A stretch of 64,000 nt of DNA from Trueperaceae bacterium (GTDB lineage Bacteria > Deinococcota > Deinococci > Deinococcales > Trueperaceae), in assembly GCA_034521815.1 (NCBI GenBank), contig JAXHLW010000013.1, forward strand, positions 1,792,001 through 1,856,000, given 5' to 3'. The notes beneath the pieces were generated by a model. The model was not told the DNA's origin. It did not search any database and was given only the letters and a program-made list of their open reading frames with translations. This document shows positions 28,369-40,497 of the stretch, in pieces; position 1 is the first letter of the stretch, and each line of letters opens with the position of its first letter. The position numbers were made by a program, and so were the translations under genes.

Positions 28369-29891
28369 GGCTCACCTCCCAGGGCGAGGTCAGGGGTCGG
28401 TATCGCGTCCTCGCCGGCCGAGACGCTCTGGGCGCCGCCGGGCGGGATCTCGCCGGTCGTCTCGCTGGTCGTCTCGACCTCGAGCTCCAGGGCGACGACC
28501 GTGGCGGCGTCGATGCGGGCGATCTGCGGCGCGGGCGCCAGGCCCAGCCACAGGATGCCGGCCACGATGGGCGCCATCACGAGAACGTCCAACGGGGACA
28601 GGTCGCGTGTGCCCTCGCGGGCGCGGCCTTGGTACAGGCGCTGGTAGGTGTTCACGCCGTACACGCCGGCGGCGACGACGGAGCCCGCCACCGCGGCCGA
28701 GATCAGCCACGGCGACGCGGCGAACCCGCCCATCAGGCTCATGAACTCGCCGGGGAAGTTCGACAGCCCCGGCACGCCGATGGCGGCGAACAGGACCAGC
28801 AGCGTGACCGCGGCGAGAGCCGGGGCGCTCTTGGCCAGCCCGCCGAACGCGTCGAGCTCGAACGTGCCGCGGCGGCGATGCAGCATGCCGGTGAGCAGGA
28901 ACAGCCCGCCGGTCGACAGCATCTGCGCGGCCAGCAGGATCATCGCGCCCGTCATTCCGGCCGCGGTGAGCGAGAACACGCCCACGCCGACGATCCCCAT
29001 GTGCGACAGCGACATGTACGCCATCAGCGACTTCAGGTCCTTCTGCTGCGTGGCGGCCAGGCCGCCCCAGACGGCGGTCACCGCCGCGAGCGTCAGCAGC
29101 CAGGGCTGGAACGCCTGCGCGCCCAGCGGGAGCAGCGGGATCGCCCAAGCGAAGAAGCCGAAGCCGCCGACCTTGTACAGCGTGCCGGCGACGTCCGCGA
29201 CGCCCGAGGGGTGGTTCTGGCGGTGGAAGTCGATCAGCCAGGAGTGCAGCGGGAACAGCGGCAGCTTGACCGCGAACGCCGCCACGAAGCCGGCGAACAG
29301 CCACGCCTGCGTGACGGGGTCCAGCGCCCGCGCGGCGGGCAGGAGGTCGGCGAAGGCGTAGCTCTCGGCGCCGGACAGGGGGCGCAGCGCCAGGATCGAG
29401 GCCAGCATCAGGAACGATCCGGACACGGCGTAGACCAGGTACTTCGTCACGGCGCCGCGGCGACGTTCGCCGCCGAACAGCCCCAGCATCAGCAGGCTGG
29501 GGATCAGCGTCGCCTCCCAGAACACGTACGTCAGCACCAGATCCGACGCCAGGAACAGACCGTTCAGGCTGGCCTGCATCACCAGCAGGAGCGCCAGGAA
29601 CGTGGGCGCGTCCCGGTCGCCGACGTGGCGGCCGGCGGTGATGACGGTCGGGATCATCGTCAGCGCCGCTGCGAGGATCAGGACCGAGGACGCCCCTGCG
29701 GGATCGAGACCGATCCCGATCCCCAGAGCGGGGAGCCAGGCGATCTGGATCGCCGGAGCGCCGGCCAGGAAGGTGGCCACCAGGAACGTGGCCAGCGTGC
29801 CGACGAGCGCGACCACGCCGGCGCCCCGCCTCGGAAGGCGCCAGGCCACGATCGCGGCGATGAGCGGAATCAGAACGGCGGCGGCGGTCAT
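28365..29891 (-). CDS. nuoM: NADH-quinone oxidoreductase subunit M
   Basis: YVFWE, AVKLPLFPLHSWL, DLKSLMAY, PGLSNFPGEF. Confidence 0.95.
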   Translation of the reverse strand: MTAAAVLIPLIAAIVAWRLPRRGAGVVALVGTLATFLVATFLAGAPAIQIAWLPALGIGIGLDPAGASSVLILAAALTMIPTVITAGRHVGDRDAPTFLALLLVMQASLNGLFLASDLVLTYVFWEATLIPSLLMLGLFGGERRRGAVTKYLVYAVSGSFLMLASILALRPLSGAESYAFADLLPAARALDPVTQAWLFAGFVAAFAVKLPLFPLHSWLIDFHRQNHPSGVADVAGTLYKVGGFGFFAWAIPLLPLGAQAFQPWLLTLAAVTAVWGGLAATQQKDLKSLMAYMSLSHMGIVGVGVFSLTAAGMTGAMILLAAQMLSTGGLFLLTGMLHRRRGTFELDAFGGLAKSAPALAAVTLLVLFAAIGVPGLSNFPGEFMSLMGGFAASPWLISAAVAGSVVAAGVYGVNTYQRLYQGRAREGTRDLSPLDVLVMAPIVAGILWLGLAPAPQIARIDAATVVALELEVETTSETTGEIPPGGAQSVSAGEDAIPTPDLALGGEP

Positions 29892-31825
29892 GCCCGCACC
29901 CCCATCCAGGCGACGAGGATCACGAGCACGCCCACTCCGACGAACATCGTGAAGGCGTAGCTGCGGACGAAGCCGGACTGCAGTCGGGCGGCCAGCCGGC
30001 CGAACAGGCCCAGCGCGCTGCCGAGCCCCAGCAGGCCCCGGTCGACGAGGTCCCGGTCCAGGACGGCCACACCGCTCGCGGTGCCTTCGGCGCCGCCGAT
30101 GAACAGCGCGCGATACGCGGCGTCGAAGCCCAAGCCGCTACGCGACAGACGCGCCAAGCGCCCCTCGGCCAGGCCACGCACCGGTGCTCCCCCTCGGGCG
30201 GCGTAGATCCACCACCCCAGCGCCAGACCCACTCCCGCGGCGACGATCGACGCCAGGATCAACGTCCACTCGACCCAGGCGGCGGGGTGACGGAAGGGAA
30301 CCTCGGTCAGCCCGCCCAGGGTGGCGGGCTCCAGCCAGTGCGCGATCCAGTTCGGGAACGCGAACTCGGGCAGGCCCAGGTAGCCGGCGAACACGGCGAA
30401 GAACGCCAGCACCATCAGGGGGACCGTCATGGTGGCGGGCGACTCGTGCACGCGCGCCGCGGCCTTCGCGTCCATGCGGCTCTTCCCGCCGAAGATGCCG
30501 TAGTACCAGCGGAACATGTAGAACGCCGTCAGCGCCGCGGTGACCAGCAACACGCCGTACAGGCCGTAGGTGCCGTAGCCGTCCAGGTGAAGGCTGGTGA
30601 ACGCGTGCGCCAGGATGGCGTCCTTGCTGAAGAAGCCGGACAGCAGCGGCACGCCGGCGATCGCCAACGTGGCGATCAGGCTGGTCGTGCCGGTGATCTT
30701 CATCTTCGCGCCCAGGCCTCCCATGCGGCGGATGTCCTGCTCGCCGCCCAGCGCGTGGATCACCGAGCCGGACCCCAGGAACAGCAGCGCCTTGAAGAAC
30801 GCGTGGGTGAACACGTGGAAGATCGCCACCCAGTACGCGCCGACGCCCACCGCGACGAACATGTAGCCCAGCTGGCTGATCGTCGAGTAGGCCAGGATCT
30901 TCTTGATGTCCGTCTGCCCCAGCGCCGCGAGGGCGGCGACCAGCGCGGTGAGCGCGCCGACCCAGGCGACGGCGGCCGAGGCCAGCGGCGTCATGCTGAA
31001 CAGCGGCGCGGTGCGTGCGATCAGGTAGACGCCCGCGGTGACCATCGTCGCGGCGTGGATCAGGGCCGAGACCGGCGTCGGGCCGGCCATGGCATCGGGC
31101 AGCCAGACCTGCAGCGGAAGCTGCGCGGACTTGCCGGCCGCCGCGACCAGCAGGAAGAGGCCGATCAGCGCCGCCGTGCCGGAGCCGAACGCCAGCCCCA
31201 CGGCCGCGGCGTTCACCTCGGCGATGTTCAGGGTGCCGAAGGTCGCGACCATCAGGAACATCGCGAGCAGGAAGCCGACGTCGCCGATGCGGTTGACGAT
31301 GAACGCCTTGCGCGCGGCGTCGGCGTTGGCCTTGGTCTGGTACCAGAAGCCGATCAGCAGGAACGAGGCGACGCCCACGCCCTCCCAGCCCACGAACATC
31401 AGCACGAACGAGTCGGCCAGGACCAGCACCGACATCGCGGCGATGAACAGGTTCAGGAACGAGAAGTAGCGCGAGTAGCCGGCGTCGGCGTGCATGTAGC
31501 CGACCGAGTAGAGGTGGATCAGGGTGCCGACGCCGGTAATGACCAGCATCATCAGCACGCTCAGCGGATCCACCATCACGCCCAGCGACAGCTCGAACGT
31601 GCCGGCCTGCAGGTAGGGCCACAGCTCCAAGCCGACGCGCGCCTGCTCGCGGCCCTGCAGCGCGACGAACGCGACGAGGGAGAGCACGAAGCCGCTGGCG
31701 GCCACCGCGGTCGCGAGCACGCCCGGGAACGGCTCCCGGAACGAGCGTCCGAACAGGCCGTTGATCAGCGCGCCGATCAACGCGATGGCGGGCACCAGGG
31801 CGATCCATGCGGCGGGGTCGCTCAT
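29888..31825 (-). CDS. nuoL: NADH-quinone oxidoreductase subunit L
   Basis: [48 protein letters not shown]. Confidence 0.97.
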   Translation of the reverse strand: MSDPAAWIALVPAIALIGALINGLFGRSFREPFPGVLATAVAASGFVLSLVAFVALQGREQARVGLELWPYLQAGTFELSLGVMVDPLSVLMMLVITGVGTLIHLYSVGYMHADAGYSRYFSFLNLFIAAMSVLVLADSFVLMFVGWEGVGVASFLLIGFWYQTKANADAARKAFIVNRIGDVGFLLAMFLMVATFGTLNIAEVNAAAVGLAFGSGTAALIGLFLLVAAAGKSAQLPLQVWLPDAMAGPTPVSALIHAATMVTAGVYLIARTAPLFSMTPLASAAVAWVGALTALVAALAALGQTDIKKILAYSTISQLGYMFVAVGVGAYWVAIFHVFTHAFFKALLFLGSGSVIHALGGEQDIRRMGGLGAKMKITGTTSLIATLAIAGVPLLSGFFSKDAILAHAFTSLHLDGYGTYGLYGVLLVTAALTAFYMFRWYYGIFGGKSRMDAKAAARVHESPATMTVPLMVLAFFAVFAGYLGLPEFAFPNWIAHWLEPATLGGLTEVPFRHPAAWVEWTLILASIVAAGVGLALGWWIYAARGGAPVRGLAEGRLARLSRSGLGFDAAYRALFIGGAEGTASGVAVLDRDLVDRGLLGLGSALGLFGRLAARLQSGFVRSYAFTMFVGVGVLVILVAWMGVRA

Positions 31826-32151
31826 AGCCTCACCTCCGAAAGGGTGTCGACGTCGGTGCTGACGCGGTCACGGAAGATCGTGACCAGGATTCCCAGCCCG
31901 ACGGCCACCTCGGCCGCGGCGATCGCGAGCACGATGAACACGACGGTCTGGCCGGACATCGCGACCTGCGTGCCGGCGGCGGCCCACTGCCGCGCGAACG
32001 CGACCAGGGCGAGGTTGGCGGCGTTGAGCATCAGCTCGACGCTCAGGAACACCAGGATGGCGCTCCGCCTGGTCAGGACGCCGATGGCGCCGATGGCGAA
32101 CAGGGCGGCGCTGAGCGCGACCCACGCTTCGGTCGGTACGGGGGCGCCCAT
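31822..32151 (-). CDS. nuoK: NADH-quinone oxidoreductase subunit K
   Basis: [22 protein letters not shown]. Confidence 0.95.
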   Translation of the reverse strand: MGAPVPTEAWVALSAALFAIGAIGVLTRRSAILVFLSVELMLNAANLALVAFARQWAAAGTQVAMSGQTVVFIVLAIAAAEVAVGLGILVTIFRDRVSTDVDTLSEVRL

Positions 32152-32152
32152 C

Positions 32153-32790
<638 letters not shown>

Positions 32791-32791
<1 letters not shown>

Positions 32792-33318
32792 CAGTAGTCC
32801 ACGCCTTCGAGCTCCACGCGGTGGGTGGGCTTGAAGCCCAGCTCCACCTCGCGGCCTTCGCGCTCGGCCTCGCGGCGCTGCCACTTCGCGCCTTTCACGC
32901 CGACCATCATGTCGTCCTTGCCGTACACGAACGCGTCGTAGCGGAAGTCGGCCATCTCGAACTCGTGACCCAGCACGATGGCGCCGGTCGGGCAGGCCTC
33001 TTCGCAGAAGCCGCAGAAGATGCAGCGCAGCATGTTGATCTCGTAGATGCTCGCGTAGCGCTCGCCGGGCGAGGTGGGGTGGTCCGGGTCGTTCTCGGCC
33101 GCTTCGACGTAGATGGCGTAGGCGGGGCAGGCGGCGGCGCAGAGGCTGCAGCCGATGCACTTCTCCAGGCCGGTGTCCGGGTGGCGGAGCAGGTGGTGGC
33201 GGCCGCGGAAGCGCGGCTTGATGTCCACCTTCTCCTCCGGGTACTGCACCGTCACCGGCTTCTTGAACAGGTGCGAGAGGGTGACGCCCATCCCCTTGGC
33301 GATGTCGAGCACGCTCAT
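32791..33318 (-). CDS. nuoI: NADH-quinone oxidoreductase subunit I
   Basis: [12 protein letters not shown] and [12 protein letters not shown] (two 4Fe-4S motifs). Confidence 0.97.
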
Positions 33319-33329
33319 GCGGTCCCCCT

Positions 33330-33445
33330 TCGGGCTTCGGGTCGGGCTTCGGGTCGGGCTTCGGCCGCAGCGCGCCGAGGGCGCGCGCGGTTCGGGGTGG
33401 CGGATCGACGCTCGGAGATCAGGCGCTCGGAGGTCAGGCGCTCAG
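33330..33445. repeat. Two short tandem repeats in the nuoH-nuoI spacer (about 3 x 12 bp and 2.5 x 15 bp)
   Basis: TCGGGCTTCGGG x3 and GCTCGGAGRTCAGGC x2+. Confidence 0.7.
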
Positions 33446-34455
33446 AGAACAAAGGCGATCACCGCCCCCGTCAGCAGGGCCGCGCCCAGCGCGATCTCGA
33501 ACAGCCAGATCCAGCCGAACCGCATCAGCTGGTCGTAGCGGAACCGCATCAGCGATCCTTGCAGCCAGAGGAATACGAACAGGATGAAAGCCATCTTCAG
33601 GAACAGCCAGATGAACGGCCACTCGCTCATGCCCGGGATCAGGGCGTCCAGGAACCCGGGTCCCTTGTACCCTCCCAGGAAGAGGGTCGAGATGAACGCC
33701 GAGGCGGTGATCATGCCGACGTACTCGGCCATGAAGAACAGGGCGAACTTGAGCGACGAGTACTCGGTGATGTAACCGGCGATCAGCTCCTGCTCGGCCT
33801 CGGGCAGGTCGAAGGGAACGTTGTTCACTTCCGCCGTCGCACTGATCCAGAAGGTGAACAGCGCGACGATCAGGCCGGGCCACAGAAGCGGGCTGACCGA
33901 CCAGACGTTCAGCTCGACGATCTCGCGCAGGTTCAGCGTGCCCGCGATCATGATCACGGTCAGGACCGACAGGCCCAGCCCCAGCTCGTAGCTGATGATC
34001 TGCGCCGAGGAGCGAAGCGAGCCCAGCAGCGCGTACTTGCTGTTGGACGCCCAGCCTCCCAGGAAGATGCCGTACACGCCGATCGACGTGGCGGCCAGCA
34101 CGTACAGCAGGCCGATGTCGAGGTCCATCACCCACGGGTCCAGCCCGAAGAACGACCCCGCCGGACCGGCGGGGATCGCGCCGAACGCGACCAGCGCGAA
34201 CACCACGCTGATGCCGGGGGCCAGGATGAACACGAACTTGTCGGACGTCCTCGGCGTGACGTCCTGCTTGAAGATCATCTTGATCGCGTCGGCGATCGGC
34301 TGCAGGATGCCGTACGGCCCCGTCCGGTTCGGCCCGTAGCGGTGCTGGATCCGTCCCAGCACCTTGCGCTGCACCAGGGTCAGGTAGGCGAACCCGCCCA
34401 GCAGCAGCACCGAGACCACCAAGGCCTTGAGGAACACCACCCAGAGCGGCTCCAT
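33442..34455 (-). CDS. nuoH: NADH-quinone oxidoreductase subunit H
   Basis: RKVLGRIQHRYGPNR, QPIADAIK, AQIISYE, PFDLPEAEQEL. Confidence 0.96.
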   Translation of the reverse strand: MEPLWVVFLKALVVSVLLLGGFAYLTLVQRKVLGRIQHRYGPNRTGPYGILQPIADAIKMIFKQDVTPRTSDKFVFILAPGISVVFALVAFGAIPAGPAGSFFGLDPWVMDLDIGLLYVLAATSIGVYGIFLGGWASNSKYALLGSLRSSAQIISYELGLGLSVLTVIMIAGTLNLREIVELNVWSVSPLLWPGLIVALFTFWISATAEVNNVPFDLPEAEQELIAGYITEYSSLKFALFFMAEYVGMITASAFISTLFLGGYKGPGFLDALIPGMSEWPFIWLFLKMAFILFVFLWLQGSLMRFRYDQLMRFGWIWLFEIALGAALLTGAVIAFVL

Positions 34456-34456
34456 C

Positions 34457-36968
34457 TCAGGCCACCTCCGCCGTCTCGCCGCGGACGCGTTTCAGCCCGG
34501 CCGGATCGGCGGGGTACAGGCCGACCGGCTGCTCGGGCAGCGCGGGAACCAGCCACAGGCCCTCGGGAACCCCTTCGCTGGGGACGACCCGCAGGCGCCG
34601 CGGCAGCCCGCCGACGGTGAGGGTCACGACCTCGCCGGCGGTGAGCCCGCGCGTTTGCGCGTCCGACGGGTGCAGGCGGAGCGCGGCGTCGCCGTGCTCG
34701 GACCTGAGCTTCGGATTGCGGTCCAGATGCTCGACCCGGATCATGCTGGGCACCACCAGCGCGCGACCTTCGGCGCCGGCCACGGCGCGAAGCGCGCGAA
34801 CCCGGTGCGGGGCGCGGCGGGGCGCCTCGAGCAGCTGGCCGGCCGCGGGCAGCTCGGCCGGATCGACGCCCAGCGTCTTGCGCAGCACGCGGCGCGCGCT
34901 TCGGACGCTGCGCCCGTCCATGCGGACCCCGAGCGCCTCGCCCAGCCGCTTGATCGTGCCGGTCAGGTCCTCCGCCGCGCCCGCCTCGACGGGTGCGGGA
35001 CGGACGGGCAGCATGCGGCCCTCGGCGTTCACCGTCACGCCTTCCTTCTCGAACCCGGTGCGGGCGGGGAGCACGACGTGCGCCAGCGCGCTGGTGGCGG
35101 TCGGGAACGCGGCGTGAACGACCAGCAGGCGCAGCTCGCCGAGGCTCTTGGCGACCTTCGGGTCCTGGGCCGGGTCGAGCTGCGAGAGGATCAGCGCCTT
35201 CGCCTCGCCGCCCAGCATCGAGGCGTAGTCGTAGCGGTCGTGGCTGGGCAGGACGCCGATCCGCTCGAGGCCGTAGGCGTTCGCCATCGGCCCCAGGATC
35301 AGCACCTTGGCGCCGACCGCCTTGGCCAGCGTGCGGGCCGCCTCGTCGGCGCCCGGGTCGGCGCCGACGAACCCGCTCCAGATCAGCACCGGCGAGCTCG
35401 CGGCGCGCAGCCGGTCCAGCAGCGCCTGGGCTTGCTGGCGCGTCACGCCGACCCCGTCGTTCCACGCCGCCGCCGAGGCGTCGTCCGACGCCTCGGGGCG
35501 CGGCGTCGGCGGCGGCCTCGTCCACCTCGTCGTCCGCTTGCCGGTCCGCGAGGGCGGCCAGCGCCTTCAGCAGGGCGGCTTCGCCGCCGGCCGGGTAGAC
35601 GAGCGCCTGGCCGGCGTGCTTCATCAGGCTGGTGCGGTACGGCGCCGCGATGGTCAGGATCTCGGCCTTGCGGGGCATCCGCTCCTTGAGGCGCAGGTCG
35701 GCGATCGGCACGCCGTGCGCCATCATCTCCGGCGGGGCGACGCCTTTGAGCGCGTCCTTGATGCGCAGGTCGACGATTCCCGCCTCTTCGGTCGGATCGC
35801 CTATCACGAACAGCGCGTCGCTGGTGGCGACGTCGCTCAGCGTGGCGGGCGCGCCGTCGGGAATGACCGAGGCCGGCGTGCGAGGCGCGTGGTCCAGGCG
35901 GCCGGTGCCCAGCTGCCGCGCCAGCGCGCTGGCCGCGACCCCTTCCTCGAGCGTGGCGTCGGCGCGGATCGCGATGCCGATCGCCTTCGGGTCGACCTCG
36001 GCCAGGCCGGCGGCGACGACCTGCGCGGCCTCCTCCCAGGAGGCCGGCACCAGCTCGCCGTCACGGCGGATCATCGGCATGGTGATGCGGTCCGGCGCGT
36101 CCACGTACTCGTGGCCGAACCTCGTGCCGTCGTCGATCCAGGTCTTGTTCACTTCGGGGTTGAGCCCCGCCTTGACCCGCTCGATGCGGCCCGTGCGCGC
36201 GTCGACGGTGAGCGCCGCGCCGCCGGGATCGTCCAGGCTGGTGGTCTCGGTGTGGTCGTACTCCCAGTTGCGGCCGCGGAAGCGGCTGGTCGAGTCCAGC
36301 AGCGCGCCGACGGGACAGATGTCGGTGATGTTGCCGCTGAACGGACTGGGCAGGCCGTCCTCGAGCGTGCCGATGTAGGTGTGCCCGCCGCGCTCGATGA
36401 AGTCGAGCACCTCGTCGCCGGGAACCTCCTCGAAGTAGCGGACGCAGCGCTTGCAGTGGATGCAGCGCTCGCGGTCCAGGGTGATCAGCTCGGAGAGGAC
36501 GTGGTGCTTCTCCTGGTGGCGCTTGTCGAACTCGAAGCGGCTGAGACCCGAGCCGTACTCGTACGCCCGGTCCTGCAGCTCGCAGGCGCCGCCCTTGTCG
36601 CAGGTCGGGCAGTCCAGCGGGTGGTTGATGAGCGTGAACTCGACCATCGCGCTCTGCGCGCGCTTGACCTCCTTGGAGAGCGTGTCGACGACCATGCCCT
36701 CCATCACCTGCGTGGTGCAGGTCGCCATCGGGTTCGGGAACCAGAACACCTGGGGCTCGCCGGTCTCCTCGTCGAGGATCCAGTCGCCGGTGGCGCGGTC
36801 CTTGCGCGGCGCGCCGATCTTGGCGAGGCACATCCGGCACGCCCCGACCGGCGACATGTACTCCTGGCTGCAGAAGTAGGGCACGTCGTGGCCGGCGGCG
36901 AACACCGCGTCGATCACGCTGGTGCCGGGCTCCATCTCGAGCGTCACGTCGTTGATGCGGACCTTCAC
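34457..36968 (-). CDS. nuoG: NADH-quinone oxidoreductase subunit G (one apparent frameshift near 35495)
   Basis: GTG start overlaps the nuoF stop; [27 protein letters not shown]. Removing one base from the G4 run at 35495-35498 joins it to the 34457..35446 frame. Confidence 0.9.
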
Positions 36969-38305
36969 GCCAGCCACCGGTCCTTTCTCGGGTGCAGCGG
37001 CGTGCCGTGCTGCGCGAGGTGCTCGTACTCGTTCCTGAAGTGCTGCAGGCTGGCCTGCACCGGCCAGGCGCAGGCGTCGGCCAGCGGGCAGAACGCGGTG
37101 CCTCTGAGGTTCTTCACCATGTCTTCCATGACGTCGACGTCGTCGGGCGTGCCCAGGCCTGCCAGCAGCTTCTGGAACATCTTGGGAAGCCAGGTGGCGA
37201 CCCCTTCGCGGCACGGCGTGCACTTGCCGCACGACTCGTGCGCGTAGAAGCGGGTGACGTTGTACATCGCGTCGACGATGCACTGGTCCTCGGGAATGAC
37301 GATCACCGCTCCGGTGCCCAGCATCGAGCCGGCCTTGGCGACCGCGGAGAAGTCCATCGGCAGGTCGAGATGCTCGTCGTCGTAGGGGAACATCGGGCAC
37401 GACGTCCCGCCCGGGATGAACGCCTTCGCCGGCGAGGAGGGCCCCCCGCCGAGGTCGTGGATGATCTCGCGGTAGCTGATCCCCATGGGCACCTCGTACA
37501 CGCCGGGGCGGGCGACCGCGCCGGAGATCTGCACGTGGTGGATCCCCTTGCTGTCGTCGGTGCCCATCGCCGAGAACCAGTCCGCGCCCTTCTCGATGAT
37601 GTGCGGCACCGAGGCCAGGGTGGTGACGTTGTTGATCGTCGAGGGCAGGCCGTACACGCCGGCTTGGGCGGGGAACGGCGGCTTGAGCCGCGGGTTGGCG
37701 CGCAGGCCCTCGAACGAGTTCATCAGCGCCGTTTCCTCGCCGCAGATGTACGCGCCGGCGCCCCGGTGGACGACGATGTCGAAGTCGAAGTCGCTGTCCA
37801 GCACGTTCGTGCCCAGGTAGCCGCGCGCACGTGCCTCCTCGATCGCGCCCATGAGGCGCTCGTAGGCGTGCCAGTACTCGCCGCGGATGTACAGGACGCC
37901 CTTCGTGGCTTGGATCGCCCAGCCGGCGATCAGCATCCCTTCGATCAGCTGATGGGGGTCGTCCTCCATCAGGTAGCGGTCCTTGCAGGAGCCGGGCTCG
38001 GACTCGTCGGCGTTGCACACGATGAACCGCTGCCGTCCGTCGACGGGCGGCATGAACGACCACTTCACGCCGGCCGGGAAGCCGGCTCCGCCCCGGCCGC
38101 GCAGGCCGGACGCCTTGACGGTGTTCACGACCTCGCCGGCGTCGCTGGCCAGCGCCTTGCGCGCGGCCTGGTAGCCGCCGTGCTCCAGGTAGGCGTCCAT
38201 GGTGTGCGCCCCCTCGACCCCGACGTAGCGGTAGAGAGTCACCTCGAAGCGCGGGTCGTGCCGACTGGTGATCGGTTTCGGTCGCTCGGCGACGGCGTCG
38301 GCCAT
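36965..38305 (-). CDS. nuoF: NADH-quinone oxidoreductase subunit F
   Basis: [50 protein letters not shown]. Confidence 0.97.
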   Translation of the reverse strand: MADAVAERPKPITSRHDPRFEVTLYRYVGVEGAHTMDAYLEHGGYQAARKALASDAGEVVNTVKASGLRGRGGAGFPAGVKWSFMPPVDGRQRFIVCNADESEPGSCKDRYLMEDDPHQLIEGMLIAGWAIQATKGVLYIRGEYWHAYERLMGAIEEARARGYLGTNVLDSDFDFDIVVHRGAGAYICGEETALMNSFEGLRANPRLKPPFPAQAGVYGLPSTINNVTTLASVPHIIEKGADWFSAMGTDDSKGIHHVQISGAVARPGVYEVPMGISYREIIHDLGGGPSSPAKAFIPGGTSCPMFPYDDEHLDLPMDFSAVAKAGSMLGTGAVIVIPEDQCIVDAMYNVTRFYAHESCGKCTPCREGVATWLPKMFQKLLAGLGTPDDVDVMEDMVKNLRGTAFCPLADACAWPVQASLQHFRNEYEHLAQHGTPLHPRKDRWLA

Positions 38306-39030
38306 CAGGCGCCCCCTTCCTTCTCGTCGTGCGCGGCGGCCTCGCTCGCCGCGGCGTCGGTCGTCTCGGCGTCGGTCGTCTCGGCGTCGGTCGTCTCGGC
38401 GTCGGTCGTCTCGGCGTCGACCCCGGCGGCCTCGCCCGTCTCGGCTGCCGCCGTCGCGGTCGTGCCCGCCAGCGGCGCGCCGCCCAGGCCCGCGTTGTCC
38501 CCGTGACGCTCGCGCCACGGCTCGGGCTGCTCGTCCCGCTTGAGCGCGTCCAGCAGCTGCTCCAGGCGTCCGCGCGTGACACGCTCGTAGTAGGTGTCGT
38601 TCACCTGCAGCACCGGCGCGGTGGTGCAGGAGCCCAGGCACTCGACCTTCTGGAGGCTGAAGCGCCCTTCGGCGTCGGTCTCGCCGGGGACCAGGCCCAG
38701 CGTCTCGACCAGGTGGTCGCACAGCTCGTCGCTCCCGGCCAGCTTGCAGCTGAGCGTGCTGCACACCTGCAGGTGCCAGCGCCCCACCGGCTCGCCGTGG
38801 TAGGTCGAGTAGAAGCTCATCACGCCCTTGACCTCGGTCGCGTGGAGACCCAGGATCTCGGCGATCTCGGCGACGCGGGACTCGCTCACGTAGCGCTCGG
38901 CCCGCTGCACCTCCCACAGGAGGGGCATCACCGCGCTGCGGCGTCCGTAGTCGGGGTAGCGGCCCAGGATCTCGTCGAGGAGCTCGACCTTGTCCTCGAA
39001 GAAGGGCGTGACGGTCTGAAGCTCGATCAT
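38305..39030 (-). CDS. nuoE: NADH-quinone oxidoreductase subunit E with acidic repetitive tail
   Basis: VCSTLSC...VECLGSC 2Fe-2S ligands; C-terminal (AETTD)4. Confidence 0.94.
   Translation of the reverse strand: MIELQTVTPFFEDKVELLDEILGRYPDYGRRSAVMPLLWEVQRAERYVSESRVAEIAEILGLHATEVKGVMSFYSTYHGEPVGRWHLQVCSTLSCKLAGSDELCDHLVETLGLVPGETDAEGRFSLQKVECLGSCTTAPVLQVNDTYYERVTRGRLEQLLDALKRDEQPEPWRERHGDNAGLGGAPLAGTTATAAAETGEAAGVDAETTDAETTDAETTDAETTDAAASEAAAHDEKEGGA
38352..38419. repeat. Tandem repeat, about 4.5 x 15 bp (CGGCGTCGGTCGTCT), in the nuoE tail
   Basis: Exact copies read directly. Confidence 0.85.
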
Positions 39031-39088
39031 CGAATATCCGTTTCCGCGTCCCGGAGGGGGCGCCCCGCCCGGCCCGTCACCGGTCGTC

Positions 39089-39244
39089 TCATCGGTCGTC
39101 CCGGCCGCTGCGCGACGACGCCACGATCAGGCCGCCGACCGCGATGCCCGCGGCCAGGGTCCAGAACGGGCTCGCGCCGGTCAGCGCCGCCCAGATCGCC
39201 GCGCCCGCCAAGGCGGCCGCGGCGAGCCGGAGCGCCGTGCTCAC
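39089..39244 (-). CDS. Small 51-aa two-TM membrane protein inside the nuo operon
   Basis: GTG overlaps the nuoD TGA (GTGA). [51 protein letters not shown]; nearly all codons end in G/C. Confidence 0.65.
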   Translation of the reverse strand: MSTALRLAAAALAGAAIWAALTGASPFWTLAAGIAVGGLIVASSRSGRDDR

Positions 39245-40497
39245 TTGTCGACATCGCCCATCACCGGGTCCATCGTCGCGATGTTGACGATCATGTCGGC
39301 GAACGGCCCGCCGATCGAGGCGGGCGCGATCGCCTGGACGTTCGCCAGGCTGGGCGTCCGCACCTTGACGCGGTACGGCATGCTGCCGCCGTCGCTGACG
39401 AGGTAGTAGCCCAGCTCGCCGCGCGCCGACTCGGTCGGGACGTACACCTCGCCCTTGGGCGGGTGGAACCCCTCGGTGACCAGCTTGAAGTGGAAGATGA
39501 CCGCTTCCATGCTGGTCTCGAGCTCCTCGCGGGGCGGCAGGCTGATGCGCCGGTCGGGGTCCTTGATCGGGCCGGGCTCCAGCTTGTAGAGCGCCTGCTG
39601 CACGATGCGCAGGCTCTGCTCCATCTCGGTGGCCCGAACGACGAAGCGCTGGTACGCGTCGCCCTCTTCCGAGACGGGGACGTCGAAGTCGTAGTCCTCG
39701 TAGCCCGAGTACGGCGCCGCCTTGCGGAAGTCCAGGTTCACGCCGCTGGCGCGGGCCGACGGTCCGGTCAGCCCGACGTCCAGCGCCGTCTGCCGGCTGA
39801 TCACGCCGACGCCCTTGGTGCGGTTCACCCAGATGTCGTTCTTGAGGAACAGCTTCATGTACTGGTCCAGCGCCGCCGGGAAGTCGTCGATGAAGCTCTT
39901 GACGAGCTCCTCGAACCCTTCGGGCAGGTCCTGGTACAGCCCGCCGACGCGGAAGTAGCCGTAGTTCATGCGGACGCCGGTGACCAGCTCCAGGATGTCC
40001 AGCACGCGCTCGCGCTCGCGCATCGTGTAGAAGAACGGCGTCAGCGCCCCCATGTCCAGCAGGCCGGTTCCCAGGCCGATCAGGTGGCTGGCGATCCGGT
40101 TCAGCTCGGTGAGCAGGACCCGGATGCGCTGCGCGCGTTCGGGCACGCGGGCGTCCACGAGCTTCTCGGCGGCCAGCACGTACGCCAGGTCGTGGCCCAG
40201 GCTGTGGGCGTAGTCCATCCGGTTCGTGTACGTCACGACCTGCTGCCAGGTCCGGTTCTCCATCGTCTTCTCGAACCCGGTGTGGAGGTAGCCGATGCGG
40301 GGCGAGAGGTTCACGATCTGCTCGCCGTCGAGGTCGATGACGAGCCTGAGGACGCCGTGGGTGGCCGGGTGGACCGGCCCCACGTTGATCCGCATCAGCT
40401 TCGTCTCGAACGCGCCGTGCCGCTCCTCGTGGAGGACCGCCGCTCGCGGGCCGGCGTCGTGCTGCGCGCCGCGACCGTTCTTGCGCTGCGGGCTCAT
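39241..40497 (-). CDS. nuoD: NADH-quinone oxidoreductase subunit D
   Basis: [47 protein letters not shown]. Confidence 0.96.
   Translation of the reverse strand: MSPQRKNGRGAQHDAGPRAAVLHEERHGAFETKLMRINVGPVHPATHGVLRLVIDLDGEQIVNLSPRIGYLHTGFEKTMENRTWQQVVTYTNRMDYAHSLGHDLAYVLAAEKLVDARVPERAQRIRVLLTELNRIASHLIGLGTGLLDMGALTPFFYTMRERERVLDILELVTGVRMNYGYFRVGGLYQDLPEGFEELVKSFIDDFPAALDQYMKLFLKNDIWVNRTKGVGVISRQTALDVGLTGPSARASGVNLDFRKAAPYSGYEDYDFDVPVSEEGDAYQRFVVRATEMEQSLRIVQQALYKLEPGPIKDPDRRISLPPREELETSMEAVIFHFKLVTEGFHPPKGEVYVPTESARGELGYYLVSDGGSMPYRVKVRTPSLANVQAIAPASIGGPFADMIVNIATMDPVMGDVDK

Noticed and set aside
35490..35500. Programmed frameshift or true pseudogene in nuoG (and likewise in E2 near 46040)
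   Set aside because: The nuoG shift is a single extra base in a short homopolymer of a core gene in an otherwise intact operon, with no slippery heptamer evident. A sequencing indel is more parsimonious for both genes.
38352..38419. Repeat arrays as CRISPR
   Set aside because: Units are 12-15 bp, directly adjacent with no unique spacers, and there are no cas genes in the window.
34380..38582. 1400-aa ORF suggesting a giant NuoG fusion
   Set aside because: Only 36968 to about 35495 is NuoG; the flanks are off-frame shadows of nuoE/F and of the NuoG C-terminus.
39027..39254. 75-aa ORF between nuoD and nuoE from the track
   Set aside because: Arg/Gly-rich shadow frame; the coupled hydrophobic 51-aa frame at 39089-39244 is far more gene-like.
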